Part shown: positions 63,921 through 64,000 of the stretch, piece by piece
How the letters are laid out: each line of letters starts with the position of its first letter
Position numbering within the stretch: position 1 is the stretch's first letter
Assembly: GCA_973895155.1 (NCBI GenBank)
Contig: OZ316899.1
Span: 5,707,241-5,771,240 of the forward strand
Direction of reading: 5' to 3'
From: Marsupella aquatica
Lineage: Eukaryota; Plantae; Marchantiophyta
DNA: 64,000 bases
Position numbers and translations under genes: made by a program
Notes under the pieces: generated by a model
Databases searched by the model: none
What the model saw: the letters and a program-made list of their open reading frames with translations, nothing else
What the model was told of the DNA's origin: nothing

Positions 63921-64000
63921 TGTCACGTCGTAGGCTTCGGCCTTAACTCAGATTTCAGCTTAGACGGGCACATCCCTCATAAATCTGAGGGTTCGGGCAG
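63921..64000 (-). mobile_element. Terminus of another family B element, inserted into the RNase H of the chromovirus
   Basis: TGTCACGTCGTAGGCTT...GATTTCAGCTTAGACGGGCA is homologous to the reverse complement of ~2070-2151. The paralogous uninterrupted RNase H reads GGTACTTCAG|TTCTAAG. Confidence 0.8.

Overview
Eukaryotic, plant-type heterochromatic DNA made almost entirely of nested transposons; the families resemble those of non-seed plants such as liverworts and mosses (inference). It contains: (i) a full-length but decayed Ty1/copia element (343-bp LTRs, TSD CGAGG) inserted into a CACTA transposase; (ii) a chromodomain-bearing Ty3/gypsy family whose LTRs end in non-canonical 5'-AGT...ACT-3' and which has nested into itself three layers deep; (iii) MULE and gypsy-gag remnants, two L1 3' fragments, a tRNA-SINE and two copies of an 8-bp-TSD MITE; (iv) one probable host gene or pseudogene with an extended-PHD (zf-HC5HC2H-like) signature. 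The most striking observation is five insertions from three very diverged families. The three complete ones are 4.1-4.8 kb, bounded by TG...CA with 5-bp TSDs, and lack gag/pol, PBS and paired LTRs; the other two are cut by the window edges. The four with visible coding sequence all encode the same conserved domain (NG[FW]xxxxCxxP...H...P), within ancestral ORFs of about 800-1100 codons in the complete copies. They look like giant solo LTRs carrying their own gene, or LTR-less elements mobilised in trans by an integrase.
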